A stretch of DNA of 64,000 bases from Chiloscyllium plagiosum (Eukaryota), in NCBI RefSeq assembly GCF_004010195.1, contig NC_057719.1, positions 29,823,100 through 29,887,099 on the forward strand, given 5' to 3'. The notes under the pieces were generated by a model. It worked only from the letters and a program-made list of their open reading frames with translations. It was not told the origin of the DNA and ran no database searches. Shown one piece after another: positions 36,916 through 51,640 of this stretch. The position numbers and the translations under genes were made by a program. Position 1 is the first letter of the stretch; every line of letters begins with the position of its first letter.

Positions 36916-38837
36916 AGACCATGTACAAGCACTGCACTTGTTTCAGCTCAACAAAATAGATGACACCCACTCTATTTGGTTCATTTCTCAGTGCAATGCC
37001 TTTGTCAATCAGAGTCAGTCGGTATGGTTTTAAAATTTAAACAAAACTTGTCAGTTAACTGTCAATCATTATTAACTGGTAACCAATAGGAATCCACTTG
37101 TTAACCAGTCAGAACTTTCCTCTCATACAGTATAAATGTTTTTTGCCCTTTACTTAAGGTATTTCTAGCAAATTGACTTGACATGTGGAGGACTAAATGT
37201 GCTTCAGTTCAGCAATACTGAAAGCAGACTGAATTGATCCTTATTTAATGCATTAGGAAAATTAGACTTTCTTAACATACCATTTCTTTCTGTCTAAAAA
37301 CAAATCTGCATGCCCCAACTTCTCTCCCATAATCACAATAGTAGCATCAATTAAGAAAATAGTAGCTTCAGTTGGAATACTAGCTACAAGTTTGCAAAAT
37401 TGCTGGTTATTGTTGAGCAAAAGGTGTTGTTTTTAAAAAGTAAATTCAGTGATGAACTATTCCTAGAGCTTTGCCTTGAGTGCCATGCCTTCCTTACAAA
37501 TGAATAGGCTATTTTTTTTGAGAAGGGAAATGGCTAAGAAGTATTTTAGAGGTGAATCTTAAAGTGGTTACAAACATGTTGGATAAATTTTGCTAAAGGA
37601 GGATAAGCAGGGCTTAATGTGAAGCATTCTAGAATCCTAAGGGAGACGAAAGAGAAAATGATCAATATTGCAGGCATTTTATTTCAGAACTTTGTAGAAT
37701 GTGTATGGGTGCCAAAAGGCTGGAGAGTGGTCAATGTCTCCATGTTAAAAAGGCAGATAGAGGTAATCGCCAGGCAGTTAATTTAGCACCTGTAGAAGAT
37801 GGAAAAATCAGAACAGTGAATTAATTATTAAATTATACACCTCTAGATACAGAGAAAATACATAATCAAAATCTAGTGATGCATTGATGTTTTGAAGTTC
37901 TCTTGACTGTCTTTGATCAGAAAGTTTTCTCCTGGGAGTTTGATGGGATTGAGTCTTGCCTAGCTAGAAGAGGCATAGAAGAGGCAGCTTTGATATTTTG
38001 TGCTTTTTTAAAAATTCTTCAAAATTATTGCACAGCAGTCAAGTCCCTTATGACCACATGTAAAATATGTTTTCCTTTCCAAAGTTATTTATGGAAAAAA
38101 AACTATATTCTATTCATAAGCGAGATATAATCCCATGTCGCTATTATGTTTGGACTTAATAATGAACACTGGTGAAATTAAAACTAATTTCACATTATAG
38201 AAGTGCAACGTGGTTAATTTCAATATGATTAAATTTATATATTAAGTAATTAAAGTTAAATTATCAACATTTGAAAAGGTTAGCAAGACAGATGTTTTCC
38301 AATCTCCTTGGTGTCTAATCATCAAGGAAGGGTTGGATCATGCAGCTTAGTTTGTTTATGGTAACCTCAACATCCTGAGCAAGAAAATAAGACATGGGCT
38401 GTTGAAAGTAAACAATGTATGATAAGACTGTGGTAGAAAACACAGGACACATTTGTTGTCTGATTTAGAGCATCCATCAGTTTTCCCAGTTCGGATTTCT
38501 TGTTTAGCTATGTTTTTGTTCGTTGTGTTTAAAAGTAACAGGATCCATCTGAGAATCTATTACAGTAGGTGTCATACAAGTTTATTTGTGCAATGACAAA
38601 ATGCTGCAGATATTAGAAATCTTAAAGAACAAAAAAGAGTTAGAGAAACTCAGGAGGTGAGACAGCATCTGTGACTATGATGTGTGGTAGTGCCAGAAGC
38701 ATACAAAGCCAACAAAACGTCACATGCAATTAAACCATTCAAATAATTTATTTTTCTGTTTGCTGTTATGTGGCTATTTCGCAGAAACAATTTTGACTTT
38801 AAACATCTTTTGTTGTAAAAACATTAGTTTAGACCTT

Positions 38838-38945
38838 CAGTTCAGTGGTACAATGGTAATGTCCTTATCTCTGAGCCAGATAAGCCTGGGTTCAAATCCC
38901 ATCTGCTCCAGATGTGTGTCATAGCATCTCTGGACAGGTTGATTT
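38838..38945 (+). mobile_element. Short tRNA-derived SINE head
   Basis: A-box-like tggtacaatggt and B box gggttcaaatccc. Confidence 0.45.
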
Positions 38946-41900
38946 AAAGTTTTCGATTTTTATTTTACTTATGTTCACTGCTTGACTAAAATAATCAGCA
39001 AATTATTTGGTTTCTAGGTAATATGTTCACAAATAGACAAAGACATTTTCAGATTATAGATGAGTGCCTGGACACAGAATTTCAGCTAGACTGCGTGTAT
39101 CTTTTCCTGTAACTTATAAATAGCTAGCACTGATAAATTGCTGCACTAGAAAAAGGGAGCAAGCTTCATGATTATCATATACCTATTTTAAATGAATCAT
39201 TTGTGATTTACAGTGTGAAGTATCTAATGATTTCCTTTGACACATAACCCTTACTCTCTTCCTGTAATGAGAATCATCTATTTTACATATTTTTGACATT
39301 TTTAATTGTAATGTTAATGTCTTCTATTTTGTCAATAGCATCGCTAACATACTAAAACTTACGCTTGTGGCTAATTTGACTGCAGACATCAGGTTGGAAC
39401 ACTATTAAGTTAGGCTGAACAATATTAAATCCAGTTAACATTTATTTAATCTCTCAAAGATCTGTTGCTTGACTGAGGTTCAAGAGCTCCCATTGGACTG
39501 GCTACTGTAGAATATCAGAGAAAAACGTTGTAGCAGCTGCAGAAAGATACCACATGAGAATTTCTGGTGTATTTTGCAATGAATCAGTGATCAAATTTAG
39601 AATTGTAAATTTGGAGTGCCAACTAAGTATATGCATCTTCCGAATGTAATAATTTACAGATTCTAGTAACCCATATATATGTTGCAATTTAAAATATTTA
39701 TGGGAACTTCAGAGAAGGACAGGCATTTGATTTGTTATTGGATTCCTGTCCATTTGTGTACTCTGTGTATGTGATGAGACAATTGTACGTTTACTTACTC
39801 TGTGCAGAAGACTTGGAGAACATGCATTATATTTCATTCAGTTTGATTTCCTAGTGAAGCAAAAGGTACTGAAGAGCATATTAACCGCTCAAACTGTTGG
39901 CTCCTCCCAATCATACCTGATCTAATGAAGCTCAGTGAAAACTCAAGAAATTGCACCATCTCTTCAAAATACTGAACTGTAACTTTCTGGACTGAACATT
40001 GAATTCACCAATTTCATGTTGTAACCAATGGTCTATTATTGCCATTGTCATGATGGGTGCATATTTACTACTTTTTTGTGTGCTTGAGCCTGCAGGACTT
40101 TGGAACCATCTGGACTTTTATAAGAGGTTAATGAAAAAATATAGTCGAACTTTTTAAAACTAGGTTTTTCTTCGAAATTGCATAGTTTCAGATAATTACT
40201 GGTTTTAGTTGCTTGAACTGCCTTCATGGAAAGCACCTGACTGTGTTTTTACAACTGGATTTTATTTCTGTTCTGTTGGAACAGTGTTTTGCAGGCTTAA
40301 AGATAGCTTTTGATTTTCAGTTGGGAAAATCCTGCTAAAGAATACGCTACTCTGCTGGTGGCATTTTTCTGGTGAATCCAGTGTGAAACCTGACCTGACC
40401 ATTCTCTTGAAGAGCGATGGTATTTCCTGAATGAACAGCATCTGCCAGGATCTCAGGCAACTGTCTATACACATGCCAAAGTGTTAGACCGACTACTAAC
40501 TGGACATCTCCGATCTTATCAAGTTTACCTTCAAAGCACTTATTGACCAAGATTACCCCCCCAACCCCCTTGAAGTGACTGACTGCAGCGAAAAATCTGC
40601 TTCCCCCCCTTTACTCTGCATTTGTTCTTGTGAATGTTTTGAGTTATTTAGAAAACGTTTATATTCTTCAGATTACAAGCTGTGTTAACAGATGTTGCAC
40701 CTTCATTGAATAAATTTTATTTATCATAACTCAATAATTTTGAGTTAATTAAAGAAACCTGAAGGGATCTTTTTATTTTAAGTCTGATATAGAGAAGACA
40801 TCTGATTGACCATATTGGAAACCCAAGTAAAGAAATTAAATTTAGTTGTGTTTCCTCTGAATGCCATCTGTTTCATGCAAAGAGCAGAAAGAAAACAAAA
40901 TTCTCAAGTGATGGGAAGCAGCTGTTTGTCTAAAGATGGAACAAACACAGAATGCTAGCAAACTCAACAGGTCTGGCAGTATCTGTGGAGAGAGAAACCG
41001 AGTTAACATTTTGAGTCCAGTATGACTCTTCTGAACACATCTAAAGAGTGACACTGCCTGGATGTGATATGAAGTAGCACAGTGAATAAAATAAATCTGT
41101 TTTGTTTTCTCACAGCAGCCTCCTCCATTCTCCTACTCCTTCTGTAGACTCTGCCTCACCTCCCCAATTCTTTGAGTGCCATATGCTCTGATGACATCAC
41201 TACGCATGCATGTCATCAGCAATGTTTGCATGTGTGGTGGCCATATTGCATCATGCATGATCACTTTGTCAAATTTATGCTATGGCCCATGAACTGGTGG
41301 AACTGGAGAAAACAGAGCAATTTATCCGTCTTGGTCATAAAATCATTTGCACCTTTTTGTTTTGTTTTGTTTGTCTTTCCCTATCCCATCAGAACCCCTT
41401 TTTCTTACATCATATCCTCCTGATCTTTAATCTCTCCAGCCTTCCACTTTAATGCAGTTCTTCCCTTTTTGTTCTTCCCCAGCTCTCTATTTTCCTTATC
41501 TTTGTGTTTTCTTGAAGCAAGGAACATGAACGTTTTCTCCATTTCATGAGAAATATTAACTTTGGATGGAGAGTAACGCTTTCCCCTGAAGTATGTTTGG
41601 AAGCAGATGGCATTCAATTGATGACAAGGTGGGGACCTCCTCACCTTCCATCTCCACCTGATTAAGTCTTGGATAGTTAATACCCACCTAAAGGACTCAC
41701 TATGCCACCACTGGTACTCAGTCAGTAGGATAGTCAACACACAGGAATACTGGAAAACAAACTTTTGTTGCTGACCATCCCCTCCCCCACCTTGCAATCC
41801 ACATCCCATCCTTGGGGTACTTTGGCCATCCTATGCCTCTCCCCGGGTGCATTGCTGGCAGTTGCCATTGTTCCTGCTGGTATTGCCTGTAATGGACATG

Positions 41901-42137
41901 TACCAGCTTCTGATTAGCACATCCTGGGGTGTTTCTAGACCAATGGTCCTTAATTTTTGGGAAAGCCTCACTGTGGCCACTTCGATACTTAATTCTACAA
42001 GTTTTTCCCGAAGGAGGCAATGTGGGGTTTTCATCAGCCTTGTAGCTGCAGAGCCGGATTTCTATCTCCTCATGAAATTCTGTCCTTTCTTTCTACAGAT
42101 GCTGTCTGACTTGCTGAGTATTTCCAGCTTTTATACA

Positions 42138-42600
42138 TTCATAGAGTGATACAGCATGGAAACCGACTCTTCGATCCTAGCAGTCCATGCCAACCATGTT
42201 CCCAAAATAAACTAGTCCCACCTGTGTGTGCTTGGCCCATATCCCTCCAAACCTTTTCTATTCGTGAACTTGTCCAAATGTCTTTGAAACGTTGTAACTG
42301 TACCTGCATCCACCACTTTCTCTGGCAGTTCATTCCATACATACATCATTCTCTGTGTTTAAAAAAAAGTTGACCCTCATGTTGTTTTTAAATATTTCTC
42401 CTCTCATGTTAAAAGTATGCCCCCTAGTTTTAAACACTCTCAACACAGGGAAAAAATCTATGTCACTTATGATTTTATAAACCTCAAAAAGGTCATCCCT
42501 CAACCTCCCAGGCTCCAGTGAAAAAGTCCCAGTCTTTTCAGTCTACTTTTATATGGCAAGCCATCCATTCCCAGCAACATCCTTCTGTTTCTATGATCCA
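42138..42600 (-). mobile_element. CR1 LINE 3' end
   Basis: Minus-strand VWNELPEKVVDAGTVTTFQRHLD; tail tttccatgctgtatcactctatga. Confidence 0.8.
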
Positions 42601-43229
42601 TAGTAATTTTTTGCTTCTGTTTCATTGCACTGTTTTATAATGGTTAAAAAGTGCATCTATGATGAGTCTTGGAATATGTTTTATATCTCACTTCTGACAC
42701 TGGTCATAGCTCACAACAGTTTTTTTTTTAAATCATTGTTCCTGCCCACCAGTGCTAAATTTCATAGCTCATCATTCACACTGCCTGTATGTTTTACGTC
42801 ATAATGCAGGCTTCCTTTGTCTCTTTTAAGTATTTTACTTTTTGCACTCTCTGACTTAAAGTGACAATTTGTGCTAAATTATGGCAGCATTTTGCTGCAA
42901 ATAGCAACTGTTGACAGAGCTACAGGAGTATTATAGTGTGAAGTCAAAGCACAGATTGCAGAGATGGAAGACTGGATTTTCCTGGAGTTTGGGAGACGCC
43001 ACAGAACTTTAAACTAGTGAATGTGACCAATTTTGGCATTAACACCCCACTTGTTCCTGTATCCGCGCTCCCCCCAATTTTCCAATTTTCATGCACACAT
43101 TGTAAGGTTGTGGGCAATGACCCTGCATCCTGCATTCCTGAGCTGGTTGCCTCCACTGCAAAGATAGTTATCTCCTAGCCCCTCGCGATTTTCATGGAGT
43201 CCGCTCAACTTCCCAAGATTTGTTGTTAG

Positions 43230-43950
43230 ACCATAAGATGTAGGAACAGGGTGAGGCTACTCAGCTTCTCGAGACTGCTCTGCCATTCAGAATGATGATG
43301 TCTGATCCAATGTTTTCCTGCCTTTTCCTCGTAATGTTCGATTCTCCTACTGCTTAAGAAATCTACCTGTCCCAGTCTTAAATATCCACGGGGCTCTGGC
43401 TACACAGCTCACTGTGGTAATAAGTCCCAAAGACACTCAGTCCTCTAAGAGAAGAAGTTCCTCCTCATGTCCATCTTAAATTGATGCCCCTTTATTCTGA
43501 AACTATGCTCTCTGGTCCTAGGATATTTCACCTCATTGGAAAGTCTATCAGCATTTACCCTGTCAAGTCTGACGAGAGTCCTGTATGTTTCATTCTTCTA
43601 AGCTCTAGTGAGTAAAGTTCCAACCTGTTTGATCTTTTCTTATAAGATAATAACTCCATACCAGCGATCAGCCTAGTGAACTTCTCAGAACTATCTTCAA
43701 TGAAATATCTCTCTTTTTTTAAATAAGGGGACCAAAGCTGCTCACAGTATTCCAGATGTGCTGTCACCAGCAATTTGTACATTAAGACGTCTCTATTCTT
43801 ATGTTCCTACCCACTTGAAATGTGAGCCAATATTCCATTACCCCTCTTGAATACCTGCTGCACTTCTGTTTCATGCACAAGTACTTTCTGCAGTTTCTCT
43901 CCATTTAGATTTTATTCTATCCCTTTGTTCTCCCTTTCAAAGTGACCAAC
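43230..43950 (-). mobile_element. CR1 LINE 3' fragment
   Basis: ORF 43555-43782 LVTAHLEYCEQLWSPYLKK. Confidence 0.75.
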
Positions 43951-45933
43951 TCTGCATTTAAATTTATCTCAGTCTTTAGGGCTATCACTGACTTTGGTCT
44001 CATTATATGCTTTCTCTTTCAACTTAATACTCTCCTTTACTTCCTTAGTTAGCCATGGTTGTTAACTGTCCATCGGAGGAGTTGTGATCCATCCATTAGT
44101 TTGTTGAAACAGGTACACATAAGAGACATTTTTTAGTTGACATTTTTTACTTCGATCTATTCTAACAATGGCCCACTGCTTACTTGAGATAAGAGGTCAA
44201 TTTTTATAGGTTTTCCTATTGTTACTTTAAAGATCTGTTTGGAGATTTTTATAAGTTTGTAGTGGAATTTTTTAAAAGAAAGTTAATCAATAGTGATCTT
44301 TTAAGCTTTTCTCATATGCAAGTATTTTAAAAAGGTTCATTTGTTCTATGTAGAGTGTATTCTGGGTGAAATGGGCATGGAAGTGCTATTAGTGGAGCTA
44401 GAGGGAATGAGGGGCATGCAGTGAATGAGGGGCATGGGTTGGCAACAAGTCTTTCCCTGATCACTTGCCAGTGCTTGGCATGAATGGGAGTGGATAGGGG
44501 GTGAGGGGGAATGAGGGCTAGAGAGCCCTATATTTAACATCAAACTCAATAAACTCCCAGATATCTGAGATGGCCCTTAACCATCTCCAAATTTGGAAAC
44601 CCTCGTGGCTACCTCCATTCTAGTCCAGGAGTGATGAGTTCAATTCTATCATGTATCTGTAGTATCACCACCCACATTCAAGAACCATTCGAGATACTTT
44701 CTTCAAAGGTATATGTGTCAAGCAGCGAAACGTTTTGAATTCTGCTTCCTGCCTCTAAGTTAAAAATTGAGCTTGAATGGTTTAGTTTACTCAATTATAT
44801 TTTTTATTAGTCCTAAACACTCCTGTTAGTATGTATTCCTGGACAAGTTGGTTTACATGTTAGCTCTTTCTGTAGGATATAAATTGATCCTTTAGCACTG
44901 AATGCATTATACAGAACAACTTCTGTTATCCAAACGTCAATTATTATGTGGGATGCATTTTGAACTGACTGTCAAAATTATGAAGGAGACCTAGAATTTA
45001 AGAATCAACATATAGGACTGCTCCCAATTGTCCAGTACTACTAACTTTGTAACTAGTCCTATTCATTCTGCTTTCAACATTAACATTTCTTTGCCCTCTG
45101 TTCTTCCTTTGCACACATAGTATACATTGTGTCACTGCTTGATTACCATCTTCACTGCAAAACTGTACTTCAATCATGATCTAAACTCTGCATGAAATTT
45201 CTATCCAACTGATTTGCTCACTTTCAACTTACAAACAAACTCAAGCCTGGCTCGGGCCACCCTTTCAAGAAAACCTTGATCCCTTTGTTTGGGGATTAGT
45301 GGAAGAGAATCTTAAGATGGAGTCAGATGGATTTGGTAACCTGGACTTTAGCTCCTAAAGATCTGGATGAGGGGCTGTGGACCTTGTCTACAATGGGTAG
45401 AGTGTTGGCAGACAGTGTTAGATCATGTAGGAGAGAATGGTAACTGAGAGATGCACGAGTGACACAGGCCATAGTGAGGATTTGAAGCTTCAGTTCAGGT
45501 TATGCTTGAGGTTAACATATATATTCAACAGAACGAGTTCTCAAACATCCTTGAGGTGGTCTGAGTAACTATTCAGGAGCTTCACTTGCAGGTGTCTCAA
45601 TTCAAGATAAGTAGAATAAACAAGCATGTTTACTCCTGGAAAAAAGCACGACTGATATAGGCATTGGAAAAAATGTTACAGGTTGCAAAAATAGCATAAG
45701 AAATTGCCAAACTAGATTCATTAATGTGGATGGGTTTATTGAATGTATTTGAACTCCAGTACATATTTTTGTCTGTACGTCTAATCTATATGCACAGCTA
45801 TATTGTTTTTAATTAAGTTTCCATAAAATAGCAATTAATTTTATAATTAGAGTTCAGGGTCCAGATTTATTCCTTTATCCAGCTAAGGTATGGGAAGAAA
45901 CATTTTATGTATATTTAAGTGATTTTTTTTGTA

Positions 45934-46239
45934 TTAGATTAGATTACATTACAGTTCGGCCCAACAAGTCCACACCGACCCGCCGAAGCGCAACCCACCC
46001 ATACCCCTACATTTACCCCTTACCTAACACTAGGGGCTAGGGGCAATTTAGCATGGCCAATTCACCTGACCTGCACATCTTTGGACTGTGGGAGGAAACC
46101 AGAGCACCTGGAGGAAACCCACGCAGACACTGGGAGAACGTGCAAACTCCACACAGTCAGTCGCCTGAGGCAGGAATTGAACCCGGGTCTCAGGCACTGT
46201 GAGGCAGCAGTGCTAACCACTGTGCCACCGTGCCGCCCA
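45934..46239 (-). mobile_element. HE1/V-SINE-like SINE (young)
   Basis: Close reverse-complement match to the 15427 copy. Confidence 0.9.
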
Positions 46240-46892
46240 CGTATGATGAAAGAAACTGAGGCTGGATAGATACTATATTTCTGTAATCCTTCATATATAT
46301 CTTATAAGTTGTTGCTGCATAGAGTTTTCAAATGTTGGTGGGGTAAATCGTGTTCTCATTAATGCTACAGAATGTAAAATTCATAAAATTTTAAGTAGCC
46401 TATATAGTTTACAATTTCTATTGAATTAATGAGAAACATATTGACAACATCAGAAAATTAACAAGTAAATATAAAAGCAACAGATTGAATAGTCTTTAAC
46501 AACTCATTTTGACTTTCTTCATGGGTCAGCCTTGACCATGATTATTGGTAGGTTATTTTATCACAGGGGCATCACCCTATTTTATAATATTGTAATGTAA
46601 AGCACCATAAAGCTCATTTAATTCCAAATGGGTGAGCCCAGAATTCAATGATAAAATATACAGTTCCTAAAATTTTGAACAATCAGATTATATCGGTTTA
46701 TTCAGTTTATGAATGGGATATATGTTTCAATCCATCCCAGCAATTCCAAATTTAATGAAATATAAATGTGATTTTGTGGTCAAATAACAAGAAGAATCTC
46801 ACATCCCAGAATGAAAGTAGGTCTTTGGAAAATAAGTTATAGTGGAAAAAATTTCAAGAGCAAAATGGTTAACGTGACACTCCTCCTATTTT

Positions 46893-47310
46893 AGTGTCAG
46901 CTATGGCTCAGTAATTCTTGCCTCTGCGTTGCAAGGTTTTAGGTTCAAGCCGCACTCCAGGCCATGTGCACAAGCATCACGGTTATTGCTGCAGTACAGT
47001 CCAAAGGAAATACTGCTCTGTCAAAGGTGACAACTTTCATCTGAGGCATTAAAACAAAGGCCCATCTGCTTTCTCAGGTGGATGTAAAATATCCAAAAGC
47101 ACTACTTAGAACAATAATGAGTGTGATCTAGCAAATATTTATCCATCAAACAACATGACAAAAACAGATCATTAGGTTGTTATCATGTTGTCTGTGGGAG
47201 AATGCTGTGTGCAAATTGACTGCTGTGTTTCCCATATTTCGAAAGCTATAAAGTGCTTTGAAATGTCTGATGGTCGTGAAAAACAGTATAGATGCGAGTC
47301 ATTTTTCACT
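46893..47310 (+). mobile_element. Deu-domain SINE (SacSINE1/AmnSINE1-like)
   Basis: tRNA-like head (tggctcagt, ggttcaagcc), Deu-like core ctcaggtggatgtaaaa..aatatttatcc, and gctgtgtgcaaattgactgc. Confidence 0.65.
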
Positions 47311-49302
47311 TTTGTACCTATTAGTAGTCATTTATATCAATTCTTGTTATGTGTTAAGTTGTCAAAGTCAGTATAATATCAGGGTTTCACTGCACACTCC
47401 TTGAATTTTACGTACTTAACACTTTTAAATGATGTCAGCTTACAATTTAAAACATCTTCTCCTGTCATTGTGATGCATCTGTGGCTTTTCCTCATATTGT
47501 CAAAAATCCAGATCATAGTTTCCAAATCAAAATGATCTTCTAAGCTGTAAACCTAAGTGTAAAATGTTCTACTTTTCTCACACGTAGAATGTCTATATCA
47601 TAACAGCTCTCCTTAGAGTATATTCTGACATTGGGGCTCCTATAATCAGGTCATTTTTCTTTCAAGTTAGACTGTCTGTTACAAAATTGAATGAGTGAAT
47701 AATAACTTGACCTGACTAAAATTGAGCAATGTGACAAAGTTTTTCTAATACAGCATTGCACTCATTGTTTATTTGCAGTCAGCTAAAAGTAATTTTTACT
47801 TGGTTAATATCAGTAGATATTGCACATCTGAAAACATAGCTTAACAAATACTCAAGGCATCGTGGAATTTAAGGTTACTTTTTACATTTTTTAAAATTCA
47901 TTCATTTGTGGGATGTTGGCATTGTTTGTTGGCCAGCATTTTATTGTCCATCCCTAATTGGCCTTGAGAAGGTGGTGGTGAATTGACGTCTTGAACTGTT
48001 GCAATCCATCTGCTGTGGGTTGGCCACAAAGCCACTGGGGAGAGAATTCCAGGATTATGGCCGAGCGACAGTGAAGGAACGGTGGTTATATTTCCAAGTC
48101 AGGATGGTGAGTGGCTTGGATGGGAACTTGAAAGTGGTGGTGTTCCTGTATATATTGACTGCCCTTGTCCTTCTAAATGGAAGTGGTCGTGGGTTTAGAA
48201 GATACTGTCAGAGGATCTTTGGTGAATTTTTTCAGAGCATCTTGTAGATAGTACACGCTGCTGCTACTGAGCGTCGGTGGAGGAGGGAGTGGATGTAATG
48301 TCAAACAAACGGGCTGCTTTGTACTGGATGGTATCAAGCTTCTTGAGTGTTGTTGGGGCTGCACTCACCCAGGCATGTGGGGAATATTCCATCACACTCC
48401 TGACTTGTGCCTTGCAGGTGGTGGACAGGCTTTGATGAATCAGGAAGCGAGTTACTCGTTGCAGTATTTCGAGCTTCTGACCTGCTCTTATAGCCACTAT
48501 GTTTATCTGGTGAGTACAGTTGCGTTTCTGGTCAACGAAATCCTCAAGGTGTTGGTTGTGAGGGATTCACTGATGGTAATAGCATTGAATGCCAAGCGGT
48601 GGTAATTTGATTGTCTTTTATTCATGATGGTCATAGCCTGGTATTTGTGTAGCACGAATGTTATTTGCCACTTCTCAGTCCAAGCCTGGATATTGTCCAG
48701 ATCTTGTTGCATTTGAATATGGACTGCTTCAGTATCTGAGGAGTCATCAACATTGTGCGATCATTGACAAACGTCCCCTTCTGACCTTATGATGGAGGGA
48801 AGGTCATTGATGAAGCAGCTGAAGATGGTTTATCCTAAGACACTACCCTGAACAGCAACTGGAGCTGAGATGACTGACTTCCAACAACTATGACCATCTC
48901 CCTTCGTTTCAGGTATGACTCCAACCACCAGAGAGTTTGTCCCCGATGGTCATTGATTCCAATTTTACTAGAACTCCTTGATGCCACACTTGGTCAAATG
49001 CTTCCTTGATGTCATGGGTTGTGACTCTCCCTTATCTCTGGAATTGAGCTCTTTTGTCCATGTTTGGACCAAGGCTGTAATGAAGTCCAGAGCTGAGTGG
49101 CCCGAGCGGGACCCAAACTGGGCATCGTTGAGCAGGTTATTGCTCAGCAGGTGCTGCTTGATAGCACTGTTGATGACAAATTCCTTCACTTTATTGATGA
49201 TTAAGAGTAGACTGATGGGGTGGTAATTGACCAGGTTGGATTTGTCTGGCTTTTTATGTACAAGACATACTTTGGTAATTTTCCACATAGATACTAGTGT
49301 TG

Positions 49303-49393
49303 AGATTAGAGTGGTGTTGGAAAAGCACAGCAGGTCAGACAGCATCCGAGGAGCAGGAAAGTAGACTTTTCGGACAAAAGCTCTTCTTCGGGA
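49303..49393 (-). mobile_element. Short PLE family 1 insertion in LINE family B
   Basis: TSD atactagtgttg (49291-49302) / ataccagtgttg (49394-49405). Confidence 0.75.
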
Positions 49394-49418
49394 ATACCAG
49401 TGTTGTAACTGTACTGAA

Positions 49419-51640
49419 GAAAGAACCAAGAACAAAGAAAATTTACAGCCCAGGAACAGGCCCTTCTGCCCTCCAAACCTGTGCTGATCCAAATCCACTG
49501 TCTAGACCTATCGCCCAATTCCTAAGAATCTGTATCTCTCTGCTCCCCACCGACTCCTGCATCTGTCCAGACGCACCTTAAATGAATCTACCGTGCCTGC
49601 CTCTACTACCTCTGCTGGCAACGCATTCCAAGCACCTACCACTCTGTGTAAAGTACTTTCCACATGTATCCTCCTTAAACTTTACTCCTCTCACTGTGAA
49701 TGCATGACCTCTCATTATTGAATCCCTTGTCCTGGGGAAAAAGCTTGTTTCTATCCGCCCTGTCTATACCCTTCATGATTTTGTAGACCTCAATCCAGTC
49801 CCCCCTCAATCTCCTTTTTTCTAATGAAAAAAATCCTAACCTACTCAACCTCTCTTCATACCTAGCACCTTCCATACCAGGCAACATCTTCGTAAACCTT
49901 TCCTGCACCCTCTCAAAAGCGTCCACATCCTTTTGGTAATGTGGCGACCAAAACTGTATCCACTATTCTAAATGCAGCCGAACCCAAGTCTTGTTCAATT
50001 TTAACATGACCTGTGAGCTCAATACCTTGTCTGATGAAGGCAAGCATGACATATGCTGCCTTGACCACTGTATCCACCTGTGCAGCCACCTTCAGGGTAC
50101 AATGGACCTGCACTCCCAGAGTTCTCTGGTCATCAACTTTTCCCAAGGCTCTTCCGTTTATAGTATAGTTTTCTCTAGAATTAGACCTTCCAAAATGCAT
50201 CACCTCACATTTGCTCAGATAGATTGAACTCCATCTGCCACTTCTCTGCCCAACTCTCCACCTATCTATATTGTCCTGTATTCTTTGACAGTCCCCAATG
50301 CTTTCTGCTACTCCACCAATGTTAGTGTCATTTGCAAACTTATTGATCAGAGTAACAGTGCCCTCTTCCAGATCATTTATGTATATCACAAACAACAGTA
50401 GCACCACCACTGACCCCTGTGGAACACCACTGGTCACCTTTCTCCATTTCGAGAAACTCCCTTCAACTACTACTCTCTGTCTCCTGTTGCTCAAACAGTT
50501 CTTTATCCACCTAGCTAGAACACCCTGCACACCATGTGACTTCACTTTCTCCATTAGTTTATAATGGGGAACCTTATCAAACGTCTTACTGAAGTCCATG
50601 AATATGACATCTGCAGCCCTCCCTTCATCTATCAACTTGGTCACTTCCTCAAAGAACTCTATTAAGTTGGTAAGGCACGATCTCCCCTGCACAAAACCAT
50701 ATTTCCTATCACTGATAAGCCCATTCTGTTCCAAATATAAATAGATTTTATCCCTCAGTACCTTCTCCAGCAACTTTCCCACCACTGACATCAGCCTCAC
50801 TGGTCTGTAGTTACCTGGAATATTCCTACTACCCTTCTTGAGCAGGGGACAACATTAGCAACTCTCCAGTCCTCCAGCACTTCACCTGTGTTTAAGGATG
50901 CTACAAAGATATCTGTCAGGGCCCCAGTTATTTCCTCTCTTGCCTCCTTCAGCAACTGGAATAGATCTCATCCGGTCCTGGGGATTTGTCCACCTTAATA
51001 TCCTTTAGCCTACCCAACACATCTTGCCGCCTTGTGTCAATGTGATCCAGAGTAAACAAACTTCTTTCTCTAATCTCAAGATTCATCATGTCTCTCTCCT
51101 CAGTAAACACTGATGCAAAGTAATCATTGAGAATCTCACCCATTTTCTCAGGTTCGACACACAACCTTCCTTCCTTATCCTTTAGTGGACCAATCCTTTT
51201 TCTAGTTACCCTCTTGCCTCTTATATATGAATAAAAGGACTTGGGATTCTCCTTAATTCTGATCACTGAAGTTATTTCATAACCTACCTTTTAGCCTACT
51301 TGAGTCCTCGTTTAAGATTGGTCCTACTCTCCTGATTATTCCTCCAAAGCTTGTTCTGCTGTTAGCTGCCTGGACCTTATGTACACTTCCCTTTACCTCT
51401 TGGCTAGTCGCACAATTTCTCCTGTCATCCACAGTTCACGAACCTTGCCTTTTCTGTCCCTTGTTTTCAGAGGGACATGCCTATCCAGCACTATCTTCAA
51501 CCTTTCTTTGAAAGGCTCCCACATATCAAATGTGGACTTCCCTTCAAATAGCTACCCCCAATCCACATTTCCCAACTTCTGCCAAATTTTGATATAATTG
51601 GTCTTGGCCCAGTTTAGTACTCTTCCCTTAGGACCAGCTT
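49419..51640 (-). mobile_element. 5'-truncated CR1 LINE (RT region) nested in LINE family B
   Basis: ORF 49913-50800 with DFSKTFDKVPH, GVPQGSV, KFANDT; tail ttcttggttcttt; host LINE resumes at tgaacagcttgg. Confidence 0.9.

Noticed and set aside
38838..38945. tRNA gene
   Set aside because: Only A/B-box-like motifs and no cloverleaf evident; better explained as a SINE head.
40040..40840. Possible solo LTR (also ~56640-57470)
   Set aside because: Composition is suggestive but I could not identify TG...CA ends, a TSD or a second copy.
39338..45200. Candidate exons after pyrimidine tracts at ~39338, ~41115 and ~45120
   Set aside because: Early stops in the compatible frame and no strong donor sites.
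49913..50800. 295-aa RT ORF as a functional or domesticated gene
   Set aside because: Catalytic motif reads FANDT rather than FADD, flanks are frameshifted, and it lies within an ordinary truncated CR1.
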